64,000 nt of DNA from Acidimicrobiaceae bacterium (GTDB lineage Bacteria > Actinomycetota > Acidimicrobiia > Acidimicrobiales > Ilumatobacteraceae): the NCBI GenBank assembly GCA_024641005.1, contig JAHEDX010000010.1, positions 9,212 to 73,211 on the forward strand, written 5' to 3'. The notes beneath the pieces are model-generated. The model saw only the letters and a list, made by a program, of their open reading frames with translations. It was not told where the DNA came from and did not search any database. Positions 1 through 11,142 of this stretch are shown here, piece after piece. The translations under genes were made by a program, and so were the position numbers. How positions within the stretch are numbered: position 1 is the first letter of the stretch; each line of letters starts with the position of its first letter.

Positions 1-948
1 GTCGGCGACATCAGCGACGTCTGGACCGGACTCGGCGACATGAGCGAAGGGTTCAAGAACGCCTCGACTGCGCTCGACGGCAAGCAGTACTTCGTTCCGT
101 TCTACTTCTACGCATGGGGCCTGCACTATCGCAAGAGCCTGTTCGAGGAGAAGGGCTACGCGATCCCGGTCACGTGGGACGAGTTCCTCGCCCTGTGCGA
201 GCAGATGAAGACCGACGGCATCACGCCGCTCGCCGGGGCCAATGACGGCCGTTGGCCCCAGATGGGCATGTTCGACATGCTCAACATGCGCGTCAACGGT
301 TACGACTTCCATGTCTCCCTGATGGGTGGCAAGGAGAGCTGGACCGACGACCGGGTCAAGGAAGTCTTCGCCAAGTGGGCCGAGCTGCTTCCGTACTACC
401 AGCCCGACGCGAACGGGCGCACGTGGCAGGACGGGGCCAACGTCATCGGAGACAAGTCGGCCGGCATGTTCCTGCTCGGCAACTTCATCACCAGCAACTT
501 CGACGGTGCGACCCAGCAGGACATCATCGACGACATCGATTTCTTCCTGTTCCCCGAGATCAACCCCGAGCACGGACAAGACGCGATCGAGGCCCCGATC
601 GACGGCTTCATGATGGCCGCCAGTCCCAAGAACGCCGACGGCTCCAAGGCCCTGCTCGGCTCGCTGGGTACGAAGGAAGCGGTCGAGGCGTACATCGGTG
701 TCGACCCGTCTGTCGTCGCAGCCAACGGCGCCGCCGACACCAGCGGGTACAACTCGCTGCAACAGAAGGCGGCCGAACTGGTCGGCGGTTCCAAGTACAT
801 CGCCCAGTTCCTCGACCGTGACACCGATCCGTCGTTCGCGGCAGACGTGGTGGGTATCGGCATCGCCGATTTCATCGCCGACCCGTCGAAGATCGACACG
901 ATCCTCGACACGATCGAGGCCCAGAAGGCGACGTACACCTTCGAGTGA
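1..948 (+). CDS. Sugar ABC transporter substrate-binding protein (5' end outside window)
   Basis: Frame 1 is open from base 1, so the ATG at 40 is probably internal. Translation (GKQYFVPFYFYAWGLHYRKSLFEEKGY, ITPLAGANDGRWPQMGMFD) looks like a family-1 extracellular solute-binding protein. Two permease genes follow directly. Confidence 0.8.
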   Translation, partial: VGDISDVWTGLGDMSEGFKNASTALDGKQYFVPFYFYAWGLHYRKSLFEEKGYAIPVTWDEFLALCEQMKTDGITPLAGANDGRWPQMGMFDMLNMRVNGYDFHVSLMGGKESWTDDRVKEVFAKWAELLPYYQPDANGRTWQDGANVIGDKSAGMFLLGNFITSNFDGATQQDIIDDIDFFLFPEINPEHGQDAIEAPIDGFMMAASPKNADGSKALLGSLGTKEAVEAYIGVDPSVVAANGAADTSGYNSLQQKAAELVGGSKYIAQFLDRDTDPSFAADVVGIGIADFIADPSKIDTILDTIEAQKATYTFE

Positions 949-975
949 TCCTGAAGGTGTGACAAGCTGCGGCCG

Positions 976-1986
976 ATGACGGTCACCGACCATATCGACG
1001 ATACGACGCCGGCGGTAGATCCCCCTGCAAGGGGACGCCGCCGGCGTCGGCGTCGCTACACCACCCTCAGCAAGGGTGACCGCTTCTGGCTGGGGGTAAT
1101 GGTCGGTGTGCCGGCCTTCTTGCACCTCATCCTGGTGTGGGTCCCGGCGCTGGCGACGACGGCGCTGTCGTTCACCGAGTGGGACAACCTCGCGCCCTTG
1201 ACCGATATCCGCGCGGTCGGGTTCCAGAACTACTGGTTCATCTTCACGGTGTTCGACACCAACCTGTTTCCGGCGCTGTTCAACAACTTCATCCTGGTGT
1301 TCTGGTTGTTCTTCTGCTCGGCGATCGGCATGTTGCTCGCCTACCTGCTCGACAAGAACCTGCGCGGCGGCCGGGTCTACCAAAGCATCTACTACTTCCC
1401 CGTCGTGCTGTCGCTCGCCGTGGTCGGGTTCATCTGGAAGAGCACCATGTTCTCCCGCGATCGCGGCCTCCTCAATGTCATCTGGCCGGGGGAACCGATC
1501 GACTTCGTGGGCGACGGAACCAAGATCTTCCAGTTCGACATCCCGTTCCTCGACTTCCCGCTCGGGTTGTCACGCAACTTCGCAGCCCTGCTGATCGCCA
1601 TGGCCTGGCGCCACATCGGCTACATCATGGTGATGTACCTGGCCGGCCTGAAGGGAGTCGACCCCGCCCTCCGCGAGGCCGCGTCGATCGACGGCTGCAA
1701 CGAATGGCAGAGCTTCCGCAACGTGGTGTTCCCGGCGCTCAAGCCGATCAACGTCGTGGTCGCGGTGATCACCGTGATCGAGGCACTGCGGGCCTACGAC
1801 ATCATCGCCGCCCTCAACGAGCCGCGAGGCACCGAGGTGATGGGCACCCTGGTCACCAAGAGCCTGCTGGGTGAAGGCGGGGGACGCGTGGGGATCGGGT
1901 CCGCCTACGGCGTGGTCCTGTTGCTGCTGTGCCTCGGCTTCATCATCTGGTACGTCTACAACCACTACCGAGAGACCGAACAATGA
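976..1986 (+). CDS. Sugar ABC transporter permease (MalF/UgpA-like)
   Basis: Multi-TM protein with the EAA-type loop LREAASIDGCNEWQSFRNVVFPALKP typical of BPD_transp_1 permeases. It lies 27 nt after the binding-protein stop. Confidence 0.85.
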   Translation: MTVTDHIDDTTPAVDPPARGRRRRRRRYTTLSKGDRFWLGVMVGVPAFLHLILVWVPALATTALSFTEWDNLAPLTDIRAVGFQNYWFIFTVFDTNLFPALFNNFILVFWLFFCSAIGMLLAYLLDKNLRGGRVYQSIYYFPVVLSLAVVGFIWKSTMFSRDRGLLNVIWPGEPIDFVGDGTKIFQFDIPFLDFPLGLSRNFAALLIAMAWRHIGYIMVMYLAGLKGVDPALREAASIDGCNEWQSFRNVVFPALKPINVVVAVITVIEALRAYDIIAALNEPRGTEVMGTLVTKSLLGEGGGRVGIGSAYGVVLLLLCLGFIIWYVYNHYRETEQ

Positions 1987-2909
1987 GCACTGCGACCGCA
2001 GACTCCGTGTCCGATCAGGAACTCGTGCGCCGCAGCGACGGGAGGCGGATCAGGCCGGCCAGGATCCTGTTGCACACCTTCTTGATCACCGTGGCGATCG
2101 CCTGGCTGATCCCGATCGGTACCGCGATCTACAACTCGTTCCGGTTCTACGAGTCGGACACGCAGGTCAACGGGCCCTTCTCTGCGCCCGACACGTTGAC
2201 GCTTCAGAACTATCGCGACGCATGGAACGTCGGCGAGATGGGCAAGACGTTCGGCAACACGGCGTTCATCGTGATCCCGGCACTCTTCATCACCTTGTTC
2301 CTGTCTGCCGCGGTCGCCTTTGCCTGCACCCGCTTCAGCTGGAAGTTCAACATCGCCTTCCTCGTCTTGTTCACCGCCGGCAACCTGATGCCGCAGCAGG
2401 TGCTGTTCCAGCCTCTGTTCCAGATCTACAAGCGGGTGCCCTGGCCCGACATCCTGTCCGACACCAACACCGGCAACCTGCTCGGCACCAAGATCGCCGT
2501 GATCCTGATCCACATCGCCTTCCAGGTCGGGTTCTGCACCTTCGTGCTGGCGAACTACATGAAGACGATCCCCAAAGAGCTCGGCGAAGCTGCCGCCGTC
2601 GACGGAGCCGGCGTCTTGAGGCAGTTCTTCCAGGTCATCCTCCCACTGACCCGACCGGCTCTCGCAGCGCTCGCGACGCTCGAGTTCACCTGGTTGTACA
2701 ACGACTTCTTCTGGGGCGCCGTCCTGCTCAACCAGGGCGACGAGCGCCCGATCACGTCGTCGATCGCCGTCCTCAACGGCCAGTACGCGACCGACTTCAA
2801 CCTGATCGCTGCAGCATCGATCATGATCGCCCTGCCGACACTGGTCGTCTACCTCATCCTGCAGAAGCAGTTCATCTCGGGCCTCACGCTCGGCGCAAAC
2901 AAGGGCTGA
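1983..2909 (+). CDS. Sugar ABC transporter permease (MalG/UgpE-like)
   Basis: ATG 1983 overlaps the upstream TGA (ATGA). EAA loop LGEAAAVDGAGVLRQFFQVILPLTRPAL. The ORF-track start at 1929 lies inside the previous gene. Confidence 0.85.
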   Translation: MSTATADSVSDQELVRRSDGRRIRPARILLHTFLITVAIAWLIPIGTAIYNSFRFYESDTQVNGPFSAPDTLTLQNYRDAWNVGEMGKTFGNTAFIVIPALFITLFLSAAVAFACTRFSWKFNIAFLVLFTAGNLMPQQVLFQPLFQIYKRVPWPDILSDTNTGNLLGTKIAVILIHIAFQVGFCTFVLANYMKTIPKELGEAAAVDGAGVLRQFFQVILPLTRPALAALATLEFTWLYNDFFWGAVLLNQGDERPITSSIAVLNGQYATDFNLIAAASIMIALPTLVVYLILQKQFISGLTLGANKG

Positions 2910-2910
2910 C

Positions 2911-5049
2911 GTGGACACGCCAGCTGGGGCGCCCGACACCCGAATGGAACTGATCCACCTCCGCGGACGTAGCAGCGACATCGTCGTCGATACCGCCCAA
3001 GGCGCCCCCGTCATCGTCCATTGGGGCGCGCCGCTGGGTGCCGAGACCGATCCATCTGCGTTCGGTACGGCCGGGGAACGCCCACTCGTCCATGGCTCAC
3101 CCGATGTCGTGGCACCGATCTCCGTCGTGCCCGAGCACGGATCCGGTTTTCCGGGCCGCCCGGGATTGCGGGGGCACCGACGCCGAGGCGTCGCATGGGC
3201 GCCTCGATTCGTGCCGGCCGGCCACGAGTTGGATGGCCACCGCCTCACCGTCACCGCCCGCGATGACGTGGCAGCGCTCGTGCTCACGGTCGTGTTCGAA
3301 CTGGACGACGCCCTGGTCGTGCAGGCCGAGATCACGAACACCAGCCCCACCGAGCGGTACCTGCTCGACTCGTTGTCGATCACCCTGCCGGTTCCGCAAC
3401 AGGCCGCCGAGATCGGAACGTTCACGGGGCGTTGGACCCGGGAGTTCCACCCCGTTCGTGTGCCGTGGCCCCACGGGGCATTCACGTACGAGAACCGGCG
3501 CGGTCGCGCCTCCCACGAGCATCCGCCATTGATCTTCGCCGGAACGCCTGCGTTCGCCGAATGGCAGGGCTCGGTGTGGGGTGCTCATCTGGCGTGGAGC
3601 GGCAACCACACAGGGTTCGCCGAGCGCCTCCCCGACGGTCGTCGCTATCTCCAGATGGGCGAGCTGCTGCACCCTGGCGAGCTGTCGCTCGAGCCGGGTC
3701 AGTCGTACCGCACGCCAGAGGTCATCGCGGTGCACAGCGACGCAGGACTCACGGCGGCGACGCAACAGTTCCACCGGCACCTCCGCGCCCGACCCTCCCA
3801 CCCCGCCGGGCCGCGGCCGGTGCTCGTGAACACCTGGGAGGCGGTCTACTTCGACCACGACCTCGATCGATTGCGAGAACTGGCCGACCGCGCCGCCCGC
3901 GTGGGCATCGAACGCTTCGTGCTCGACGACGGGTGGTTCGCCGGCCGACGGGACGACACCAGGGGGCTGGGCGACTGGTGGGTGTCCCCCGATGCTCACC
4001 CGAACGGCCTCGGCCCACTGATCGAACACGTCACCGGTCTCGGCATGGAGTTCGGCATCTGGGTCGAACCCGAGATGGTCAGTCCGGACAGCGAGCTGTA
4101 CCGGGCCCATCCCGAGTGGGCACTCACCACCGACGGGTACGAGCCGGTGCTCGCCCGCCATCAGCTCGTTCTCGACCTGGCTCGACCGGCTGCGTTCACA
4201 CACGTGTTCGAGCAGCTCGACGCATTGCTGCGCGACCACGCGATCTCGTTCGTGAAATGGGACATGAACCGCGACCACATCGGTGGCAGCGGTGCCGACG
4301 GCGCTGCCGGGTCGCACGCCCAGACGGTGGCCGTGTACCGCTTGCTCGATCTGCTGCGCGACCGCCACCCCCAAGTCGAGATCGAGAGCTGCTCGTCGGG
4401 TGGGGCCCGCGTCGACCACGAGATCCTGCGTCGAACCTCACGAGTGTGGACCAGCGACTGCAATGACGCGCTCGAACGGCAGACGATCCAGCTCGGTGCG
4501 TCGATGTTGATCCCACCCGAGCTGATGGGCGCCCACATCGGCCCCGAACGATCGCACACGACCGGGCGCCGGCACGACCTCGCGTTCCGGGCCGCGACCG
4601 CGCTGTTCGGCCATCTCGGCGTCGAATGGAACCTGTTGTCGCTCACGGACGCCGAGCTCGATGCGCTGCACGAGATCGTGACGCTGCACCAACGGTTCCG
4701 CCCGCTGCTGCACGCCGGCGACTCGGTGCGATTCGACACCGAGGATGCGTACGTCGCCCATGGCGTCTATGCCACCGACCGGTCCGAGGCGCTCGTCAGC
4801 TTCGCGGTCGTGACCACATCGGCCGGCCTCATCCCGCCGCCGTTACGCATGCCGGGGCTCGAACCCGACCGGCAGTATCGGGTCGAACGCCTGCCGCTTC
4901 CCGGCGAACGTCTCGGACCCAACCGGTCGATACCGACATGGATGAGCGGCGGTGTGACGATGACGGGCAGACAGCTCGGCGATTTCGGACTTCAACTCCC
5001 CGCCCTGCACCCCGAGTCCGCTCTCATCCTGCGCTGCGTCGCGCTCTGA
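2911..5049 (+). CDS. Alpha-galactosidase, glycoside hydrolase family 36
   Basis: 712 aa with GH36-type motifs FVLDDGWF, FVKWDMNRD and ESCSSGGARVD. GTG start lies 1 nt after the permease stop. Confidence 0.85.
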   Translation: MDTPAGAPDTRMELIHLRGRSSDIVVDTAQGAPVIVHWGAPLGAETDPSAFGTAGERPLVHGSPDVVAPISVVPEHGSGFPGRPGLRGHRRRGVAWAPRFVPAGHELDGHRLTVTARDDVAALVLTVVFELDDALVVQAEITNTSPTERYLLDSLSITLPVPQQAAEIGTFTGRWTREFHPVRVPWPHGAFTYENRRGRASHEHPPLIFAGTPAFAEWQGSVWGAHLAWSGNHTGFAERLPDGRRYLQMGELLHPGELSLEPGQSYRTPEVIAVHSDAGLTAATQQFHRHLRARPSHPAGPRPVLVNTWEAVYFDHDLDRLRELADRAARVGIERFVLDDGWFAGRRDDTRGLGDWWVSPDAHPNGLGPLIEHVTGLGMEFGIWVEPEMVSPDSELYRAHPEWALTTDGYEPVLARHQLVLDLARPAAFTHVFEQLDALLRDHAISFVKWDMNRDHIGGSGADGAAGSHAQTVAVYRLLDLLRDRHPQVEIESCSSGGARVDHEILRRTSRVWTSDCNDALERQTIQLGASMLIPPELMGAHIGPERSHTTGRRHDLAFRAATALFGHLGVEWNLLSLTDAELDALHEIVTLHQRFRPLLHAGDSVRFDTEDAYVAHGVYATDRSEALVSFAVVTTSAGLIPPPLRMPGLEPDRQYRVERLPLPGERLGPNRSIPTWMSGGVTMTGRQLGDFGLQLPALHPESALILRCVAL

Positions 5050-5191
5050 CCTCAGGGGTCTGGGCGTGGGCCCTCATCCCCATTTGTGGGCTCGTGCTGG
5101 CCCTGCCCCGCTCGGCCGCCTACGATGGCGCTGCCATCACCCTGACCGCATCTTCCAGCTGCTCGCTGGTGTCATCACCCAAGGAGCTCCC

Positions 5192-6364
<1,173 letters not shown>

Positions 6365-6473
6365 GCACACGGCAGCCTGTCATGCCGAAGGCCGGCATCG
6401 CGCCGTCACAATGGTCGGCGCGGTCTGCGGGACCACGGTCGACGACTTCGATGCTGCCACGGCAACCCGTCGC

Positions 6474-7370
6474 TCACTCCACGACGGTGATGACCACCAT
6501 GGCCTGAACGGCACGCGCCCGGTCGAGATCTGGCCGGGGTCGAACGGTTCGCCGCGTGCCCACTACATGGACCTCCATCAGCGGTTCCACGTCGGAACAT
6601 CGCACGAGTGCCTTGGCCCGGATGACGGCCGTCGACAACGAATCCACGATCGACGACAGCTCGTCGCGCGTCACCGACCCCAGTTCGACCAGCCGAGTCA
6701 CATGATGATCCGGCCGCGTACCACCCAGAGAAGGCAGCGCCTGGAGGCGATCCGCCTCGCCGACCACCGCGATCGGCCCGCTGAGCCCGAGCAGCACATC
6801 GACATCGATCACACCGTCGACGACGTCGAGAATCGGTGCCGACGAAACCGCTCGTATCCGTCGTCGTGCAGCTGAGCCACCGTCAGCGGCGATGTCAGAC
6901 TTGGTGAGCATCACCAAGTCGGCGGCTCGGAGCTGCTCGCCGATCGTGTCACCCACGAACGGACGCTCGCAGAGCTCGGCGAGTTGGTCGGCGTCGGCGG
7001 CAACCACGATGCCATCGAGCCGGAAGCCGGTCGTGTTCGCCCACGGGGCCACGCGCGCCGGTTCGCCCACACCGCTCAGCTCCATCAGCACACAGTCGGG
7101 CGCTTCGGGCATCTCTCGTATCTGTTCGAGCGTTCGGGCGAAATCGTCGGCGATCGCACAACACACACAGCCGTTGGTCAGCGACAGCGTGGTGCCGTCA
7201 TGATCGGCGATGAGCGCTGCGTCGATGTTGACCGAAGCGACATCGTTCACCAGCACTACGATCCGCCGACCGCCTGCGTTGCCGACGACATGGTTGACGA
7301 TGGTGGTCTTGCCGGCCCCCAAGTAGCCGCCGAGCAGGGTGAACGGCACCCGGCGGCCGTTCCACAACAT
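6474..7370 (-). CDS. COG0523/CobW-family G3E GTPase (putative metallochaperone)
   Basis: P-loop GGYLGAGKTT, metal motif GCVCC (CxCC), and ELSGVGEP. ATG 7370 has GAGG about 9 nt upstream. GTG 7409 is an alternative start that would overlap the upstream gene by 23 nt. Confidence 0.8.
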   Translation of the reverse strand: MLWNGRRVPFTLLGGYLGAGKTTIVNHVVGNAGGRRIVVLVNDVASVNIDAALIADHDGTTLSLTNGCVCCAIADDFARTLEQIREMPEAPDCVLMELSGVGEPARVAPWANTTGFRLDGIVVAADADQLAELCERPFVGDTIGEQLRAADLVMLTKSDIAADGGSAARRRIRAVSSAPILDVVDGVIDVDVLLGLSGPIAVVGEADRLQALPSLGGTRPDHHVTRLVELGSVTRDELSSIVDSLSTAVIRAKALVRCSDVEPLMEVHVVGTRRTVRPRPDLDRARAVQAMVVITVVE

Positions 7371-7386
7371 CAGCCGAACCTCGGGA

Positions 7387-9060
7387 TCACGGTGCTGTGA
7401 TCTCGCCACCGACCATCGTGGCGATCACGTCGATGTCTTTGATCACCATCGGGTCGACGTCATAGGGATCGTCGGCGAGAGCGACGAAGTCGGCCAGCTT
7501 GCCAGCCTGGATCGTGCCGATCTCGTGATCCAACCGCAGCTGGTGAGCAGCATCGATCGTGACCGCACGCAACGCCCGATCGACCGACACCCGTTCGTCA
7601 GGGCCGAGCACGTCGCCGCTCGCTGTGACACGGTTGACCGCGCACCACATCGTGTGCAGGCTGCCGAGCGGCGTCACCGATGCGTCGGAATGAACGCTGT
7701 ACCTCACCCCTTCGCGGTCCGCAGTCGCACAAGCATCCATGCGGGCGGCCCGGTCGGGGCCGACCGTGATCGCCCGGTGCTGGTCGCCCCAGTAGAAGAT
7801 GTGGTTGGAGAAGATGTTGGCGTTCATCCCGAGCCGGGCCATGCGCCGATACTGAGCAGCGGTGGTGAGCTGGGTGTGCTGCGCCGTGTGACGATGGTCG
7901 AACCAGCTGTGCTTCGCCAGCGCTGCGTCGACGGTGTCGAGCAACAGATCGACCGCCTGATCGCCGTTCACGTGGGTGTGCACGGTGACGTGGGCGCGAT
8001 GGAACGCCTCGAACCAGGCCGAGAACTGCTCGGGCTCGATCAGCCAGATGCCGTTCGGTCGCTCGGTTCCATCCGGGTGCGGCAGATATCCGGGCGGATT
8101 GAGGCGCGCCGTGAACCCCTGGATCGAACCGTCGAGGACCATCTTCACCAATCCGAAACGCACCTTGGGCGTCGAGCTGTCTCGGATCGCCACCGCGTGA
8201 CGGGCGATCTCGTCCGGCGTCCCCTGCTGCCCCCTGGCCGGGTTCAGCAGCGGCACGAGTCGGGCCGGGAAACCGTCCGCGGAAGCGGCCTCGGTCCAGA
8301 GGGCGAGATCGTCGTCCCCGGCGAGACGTGACGCGCCGAGCTCGGTGACGGTCGTGCAACCGACGACGCGCGCCATGTCGGCGAATCGGCGCAGCGATGC
8401 CGGGTCGCCGAGCTGGCCGAACAGCAACGCCATCTCGCGCCGGGCGAGCGACATCGCAGGTGGCTCCTGGAGCTCGCCGATCGCGCGCCCGTCGCCACCC
8501 ACCGGCACACCCTCGACGTCGCAACCATCGGCGAAACCCTCGCGTTCCATCAGCGCCGTGTTCACCGTGATCAGGTGCAAGCTGGCATGGATGACACAGA
8601 TCGGTCGTGTCGACGACACCACGTCGAGGTGTCGGGCCGCCAACCTCTCGCCACCGAAGTAGATCGGGTCGAACCCCCAGACGATCAACGACTCGGTCGG
8701 ATCGTCGAGTTCGGCATCGAGGCGGCGTAGCAGGTCGACCAGGGCGTCGAACGACTGGCAGCCCGGTCGGCGCTCGCCGTCGGGGCCGAGCCGGGGGAAG
8801 AAGCCAGCGTACTCCCACGCCCAGATCGCCCCCTCGAGCGAATGCGAATGTGCCTCGACGAAACCGGGCAAGAGCACGCTGTCGGCAAAGGTGTCGTCGA
8901 CCCGCAGCGGGCCCCAGGCGGCGCGCATTTCGTCGACGGTGCCGACCCCGAGAATCAGCCCGTCACGAACCGCGACCGCCTCGGCGACCGGTACTGCGTG
9001 GTCGAGCGTGACGACGCGGCGTGCTCGATGGATGACACCCGGTTGCGACATGGCATTCAT
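7387..9060 (-). CDS. Amidohydrolase-3 family metal-dependent hydrolase
   Basis: 557 aa with an N-terminal HxH metal motif (VEAHSHS). Length and layout fit the Amidohydro_3 family. Substrate unknown. Confidence 0.8.
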   Translation of the reverse strand: MNAMSQPGVIHRARRVVTLDHAVPVAEAVAVRDGLILGVGTVDEMRAAWGPLRVDDTFADSVLLPGFVEAHSHSLEGAIWAWEYAGFFPRLGPDGERRPGCQSFDALVDLLRRLDAELDDPTESLIVWGFDPIYFGGERLAARHLDVVSSTRPICVIHASLHLITVNTALMEREGFADGCDVEGVPVGGDGRAIGELQEPPAMSLARREMALLFGQLGDPASLRRFADMARVVGCTTVTELGASRLAGDDDLALWTEAASADGFPARLVPLLNPARGQQGTPDEIARHAVAIRDSSTPKVRFGLVKMVLDGSIQGFTARLNPPGYLPHPDGTERPNGIWLIEPEQFSAWFEAFHRAHVTVHTHVNGDQAVDLLLDTVDAALAKHSWFDHRHTAQHTQLTTAAQYRRMARLGMNANIFSNHIFYWGDQHRAITVGPDRAARMDACATADREGVRYSVHSDASVTPLGSLHTMWCAVNRVTASGDVLGPDERVSVDRALRAVTIDAAHQLRLDHEIGTIQAGKLADFVALADDPYDVDPMVIKDIDVIATMVGGEITAP

Positions 9061-9077
9061 CCTGCCACCACAATGGG

Positions 9078-10304
9078 ATGATGGCCGACGCCGAACTCGC
9101 AGCGCTGCGGCGCCGGTTGTACCTGTTGGCGTTCGTCGACGAGTTCGGACCCGTCTACGCGGTCTACACCCTGTGGTTCAACGACAACGGCATCTCGACT
9201 TCGCAGATCTCGACGGTGTTCCTGGTGTGGGCGGCGATCGGTTTGACTCTCGAGATCCCGAGCGGCGCACTCGCCGATCGCGTCGACCGCCGCTCTGTGC
9301 TGGCGTCGGCGTTCGGGATTCGGGCCGTCGGGATCGGGCTGTGGCTGATGTGGCCGACGTTCACGGGCGTCCTGATAGGGGCCGCGTTGTGGGCCACGCA
9401 CGACGCGCTCGCGAGCGGTTCGTGGGAGGCGATGATCCATGACGAGCTGACGGCGATCGGGGCCGAACGGCGATATCCGAAGGTGATGGCTCGGATCGGT
9501 CAGTTCAGCAATCTCGGCGTCGCCGCCGGCACGATGCTCGGAGCGGGGCTGTTGCGGCTCGACGTCGGACTTCCGGCCCTCGGGTGGATCACCGTCGCAG
9601 CCCATGCGGGATCGATCACGCTCGTCGCCACGCTGCCCGATGTGACCTGGGTGACTCGCGGCAGCGGGCACCGCGAGGGCATCGAGGCAACATCGCCGTA
9701 TGCAGCCTGGTGGACGACGCTGCGACATGGTGTGGCGGAGGCGCGACACACGCCGTTGGTGGCCCGGTTGATCGTGGTGGGAGCGATGCTCGAAGGCCTG
9801 TTCCTCCTCGACGAATACATCCCACTGGTCGTTCGGGATCGCGGCGGATCGGATTCGAGCGCTCCGATCATCGTGTTCGTCATCTGGGTCGGCCTGCTGG
9901 CCGGGGGCGAGATCGCTGCACGGCACCCGGACCTGCCGGGGCGGATGCTGGGTACGGGGTTGATCATCGGTTCGGGTGTGATGGCACTCGCGTTCGTCGC
10001 CGACTCGGTGTGGTCGCTGGCACTGGTCGGGTTCGGCTACTGCACCCTCGAAATGACGTGGATAGCCGCCGACGCGAGATTGCAGGAACGCACGCCGTCG
10101 GCGACGAGAGCCACCGTCACGAGCGTTCGTGGCTTCGGTTCGGCGAGCGTCGCCATGGCGGCGTTCGCCGTCGTCGCAGTGTTGTCAGACGGCGACGACC
10201 CGACACCGGGACTGTTCGTGATGTTGGCGGCGATCGGTATCGCCGGGTTCTTGATCATCCGGTGGCTGCCAGAGCGACGTGCGTCGACAACCACCGAGGC
10301 CTGA
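9078..10304 (+). CDS. MFS transporter
   Basis: 408 aa, about 12 hydrophobic segments, and the MFS motif-A-like sequence GALADRVDRRSVL. Confidence 0.75.
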   Translation: MMADAELAALRRRLYLLAFVDEFGPVYAVYTLWFNDNGISTSQISTVFLVWAAIGLTLEIPSGALADRVDRRSVLASAFGIRAVGIGLWLMWPTFTGVLIGAALWATHDALASGSWEAMIHDELTAIGAERRYPKVMARIGQFSNLGVAAGTMLGAGLLRLDVGLPALGWITVAAHAGSITLVATLPDVTWVTRGSGHREGIEATSPYAAWWTTLRHGVAEARHTPLVARLIVVGAMLEGLFLLDEYIPLVVRDRGGSDSSAPIIVFVIWVGLLAGGEIAARHPDLPGRMLGTGLIIGSGVMALAFVADSVWSLALVGFGYCTLEMTWIAADARLQERTPSATRATVTSVRGFGSASVAMAAFAVVAVLSDGDDPTPGLFVMLAAIGIAGFLIIRWLPERRASTTTEA

Positions 10305-10354
10305 CGCCACGAATGGCCACGATGCCGCAGCGACCCGGTGAGCGTGGTGGCGCG

Positions 10355-11083
10355 TCAGAAGGCGGTGGTGCAGAAGGTGTCGCCGGCGGCGCGGCTGGAC
10401 TCGGTGGTGACGTCCCCGAGTACACCATCGGTGAGCTCGCCCAGCATGCCGCGCACCATGCCGCGATCGACAGCGCAGATGACGGGATGCTCGACCGCCA
10501 CGTCACCGAACGGGCAGTGATCGTTGATGATCCGAAGTTGGTCGTTGCGACTGTCGGCGTGAGCCGCGAACCCATGTGCCGTCAGAGCGTCGGCCACCGC
10601 CTGGATCGCAGAGCGCATCGATCGGTGGCCGTGCTCGAGCGCGTCTCCGTTGAGACCGGCGGCCATCGCCCTGCCGTACTCGGCGCCGACTTCTTCGGCC
10701 ATCGCCTCGGCCTCGGCGGCCGAGAGGCGCGTCAACGCCCGACCGAGCAGTGACAGCACGAGGTCGTCGCTGCGAACCGGGAACTCGGTGACCGCATCGG
10801 CCACAGCGAGGTACCGCTTGGACGGCCGGCCGGCACCGCCGCCGTGCACCTTGCCCGTGTGCACCTCGAGGTAGCCGCCTGCCGCCAACTTCTCGAGGTG
10901 GTGACGGGCAACGTTGGGGTGAACACCGACTTCGTCGGCGACCGCCGACGTGGTCACCCCGAACTCACCACCCGGCCGGTCGGCCTGCTCGCGTACATAG
11001 AGATAGATGCTGCGGCGCGTCGGGTCTCCGAACGCGTCGGTGATCGCCGACACGGTGGCGGTGAACGCAGCGCTGGTCCCCAT
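10355..11083 (-). CDS. Winged-helix transcriptional regulator, ArsR/SufR-like (COG2345-type)
   Basis: N-terminal wHTH (FGDPTRRSIYLYV, VGVHPNVARHHLEKLAAGGYLEV). C-terminal Cys-containing segment HCPFGDVAVEHPVICAVDRG ... FCTTAF. ATG 11083 is preferred over the TTG at 11113. Confidence 0.65.
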   Translation of the reverse strand: MGTSAAFTATVSAITDAFGDPTRRSIYLYVREQADRPGGEFGVTTSAVADEVGVHPNVARHHLEKLAAGGYLEVHTGKVHGGGAGRPSKRYLAVADAVTEFPVRSDDLVLSLLGRALTRLSAAEAEAMAEEVGAEYGRAMAAGLNGDALEHGHRSMRSAIQAVADALTAHGFAAHADSRNDQLRIINDHCPFGDVAVEHPVICAVDRGMVRGMLGELTDGVLGDVTTESSRAAGDTFCTTAF

Positions 11084-11090
11084 CTCCGAG

Positions 11091-11109
11091 ATTCTACTAT
11101 CCGCATAGT
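11091..11109. promoter_or_regulatory. AT-rich palindrome ACTAT-N4-ATAGT with flanking -10-like boxes in the regulator/mrp divergent region
   Basis: Inverted repeat at 11096-11100 and 11105-11109. On the minus strand TAGAAT (11091-11096) ends 7 nt before ATG 11083, suggesting a leaderless regulator mRNA. TACTAT or CATAGT could serve mrp on the plus strand. Confidence 0.35.
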
Positions 11110-11142
11110 GCAAACCCTGGACGGGGTCGCCACAATGGGCGC

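Noticed and set aside
1965-3485. 506-aa minus-strand ORF overlapping the permease and alpha-galactosidase genes
   Set aside because: It is antisense to two genes with clear family motifs. The product is Arg/Gly/Pro-rich and low in complexity, as expected from stop-codon-poor high-GC DNA.
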